From the human T2T-CHM13v2.0 reference genome, Homo sapiens: a DNA stretch of 64,000 nt. Of this stretch, positions 62,753 through 64,000 are shown one piece after another. How positions within the stretch are numbered: the stretch's first letter is position 1; the number at the start of each line of letters is the position of its first letter. The DNA lies in NCBI RefSeq assembly GCF_009914755.1, contig NC_060927.1, one strand, 5' to 3'. A program made the position numbers and the translations under genes. The notes beneath the pieces were generated by a model that made no database searches, was not told where the DNA came from, and was given only the letters and a program-made list of their open reading frames with translations.

Positions 62753-63586
62753 TCTTTATCAGTCTTCCTTGAAACTGGAAGACAGTCAGATGACCTAGGA
62801 TTGGTCAATTACACTCAAGTCCTATATTTTGAATTAGAAATGAATGATATGAGGAAGCAAGGACCTCAGAGAAGCCCTTCCAGGAGTAATTGAGGAGGCA
62901 GCAGTGCCTGGGTCAGCATCCCGTATCCTGCTCCTGTTGGGTCAGCGAGGCAGGCCTGCACATACACTTAATTTTGCATGATTCTATAATTTTGATAGCG
63001 TGCCCTAAGTTCTGGTTCTTTAGTCTGCTTCTAGTTACTGAAACTTAATCAATAACCTTTCAAAAATCATTTTCTGCTCAAATCAGCTGTATCTGGCTCC
63101 TGTTGCTTGCAAATAAGCACTTTCTTGATATCCACCTACATATCCAGGAAGGTATAATATATTCCTGTCAGGGACAAGAGCAGGAAAGCTTCCTGAGCAT
63201 CTGAGAGTGAGGAAAAAGAAGGAAGAATTGGAGCCAATTCTGCTTGTTTTAGAATTGTATTTGTAGCTGCCCGTTTTACATATCACATGCTAAACTTCAC
63301 CTCTCTTTACCCAATTACAGACACCTGAGGGGTAAACTCTGTGTTGGCAACCCAACAGCCCTCTGTGCTGGGCCACAGGCATCCCAGGATGTGAAAGACT
63401 TCCCTCAATGTCTTTGTTACTTGAGGCTACATCATTCCTCTCTTTGGAGATCAGCTTCTGTTGTGTGGGACAAAACGATGCGAAACCCGAACTCAAATAG
63501 AAAGATACAAAAATTAGCTACAGGTGTGCATGGCCCAGGGATGAAGTTGAGATTTCATGTAATGTGTCCTCTTTCTGTCATGACCT

Positions 63587-63626
63587 TGATGATGATGATA
63601 ATGATGATGATGATGATGATGACGAT
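63587..63626. repeat. (GAT)n trinucleotide repeat followed by a MIR remnant
   Basis: Imperfect tgatgatgat... array. Confidence 0.9.
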
Positions 63627-64000
63627 AGCATCAGTAACATTTATTGATTTTTTCCTAGATGAAGGGCATATCATCTTAATAACCATTTTTTAATCTCCAC
63701 TATGACCTAATGAAGTAAGCATTATATTATTTCAATATCCTCGAGGGTCAAAAAAATTAAGGAAGTTATTCTAGCTCACAACTGGGTGGTAGAACAACAA
63801 TGACTGGACACTGGATCTGCCTGAATTATATTGTGTGAGCAGAGCCACTTACCTATTTCTGGCATATTGTAACTCAGAAGCTCTGGGGTTATTGTAGAGC
63901 AGCTGAGTGTGGTTGAACTAAGATGTCTTAATAGATAATATTAATATAAAGTAAATTACTTTAAAGTATCTTGGCATATATTGCGTTACTCTCATATCTG

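Noticed and set aside
63391-63693. ORF with a poly-Met run
   Set aside because: Translation of the (GAT)n microsatellite.

Overview
Primate (human or great-ape) genomic DNA centred on the first coding exon of GRM7 (metabotropic glutamate receptor 7, + strand). It holds about 31.7 kb of repeat-rich upstream sequence, a CpG-island promoter (~31300-33560), exon 1 (ATG at 31973, donor after 32491, 173 codons) and the first ~31.5 kb of intron 1. GRM7 is the only cellular coding sequence I can support; the other ORFs are Alu, L1 or LTR shadows or GC-rich antisense frames. The repeats include Alus, L1s, MIR/L2, MaLR and ERV1 LTRs, DNA-transposon relics and microsatellites. I found no clearly new biological system. 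Best leads: (1) a candidate alternative first exon in intron 1 (MAPELHW, phase-matched to exon 2, no signal peptide); (2) an AG|GT recursive-splice-like site heading an 87-nt stop-free in-frame exon; (3) a two-LTR MER31-like provirus with a degenerate tRNA-Ser PBS and six nested insertions; (4) an unexplained perfect 20-bp inverted repeat 3.2 kb upstream of the promoter; (5) mechanistic fossils: two twin-primed L1s, a short L1 3' transduction, a templated 98-bp Alu-monomer duplication, a possible Alu-L1 chimera and gene-conversion patches. Repeat subfamily names come from remembered consensus sequences and need RepeatMasker/Dfam confirmation.
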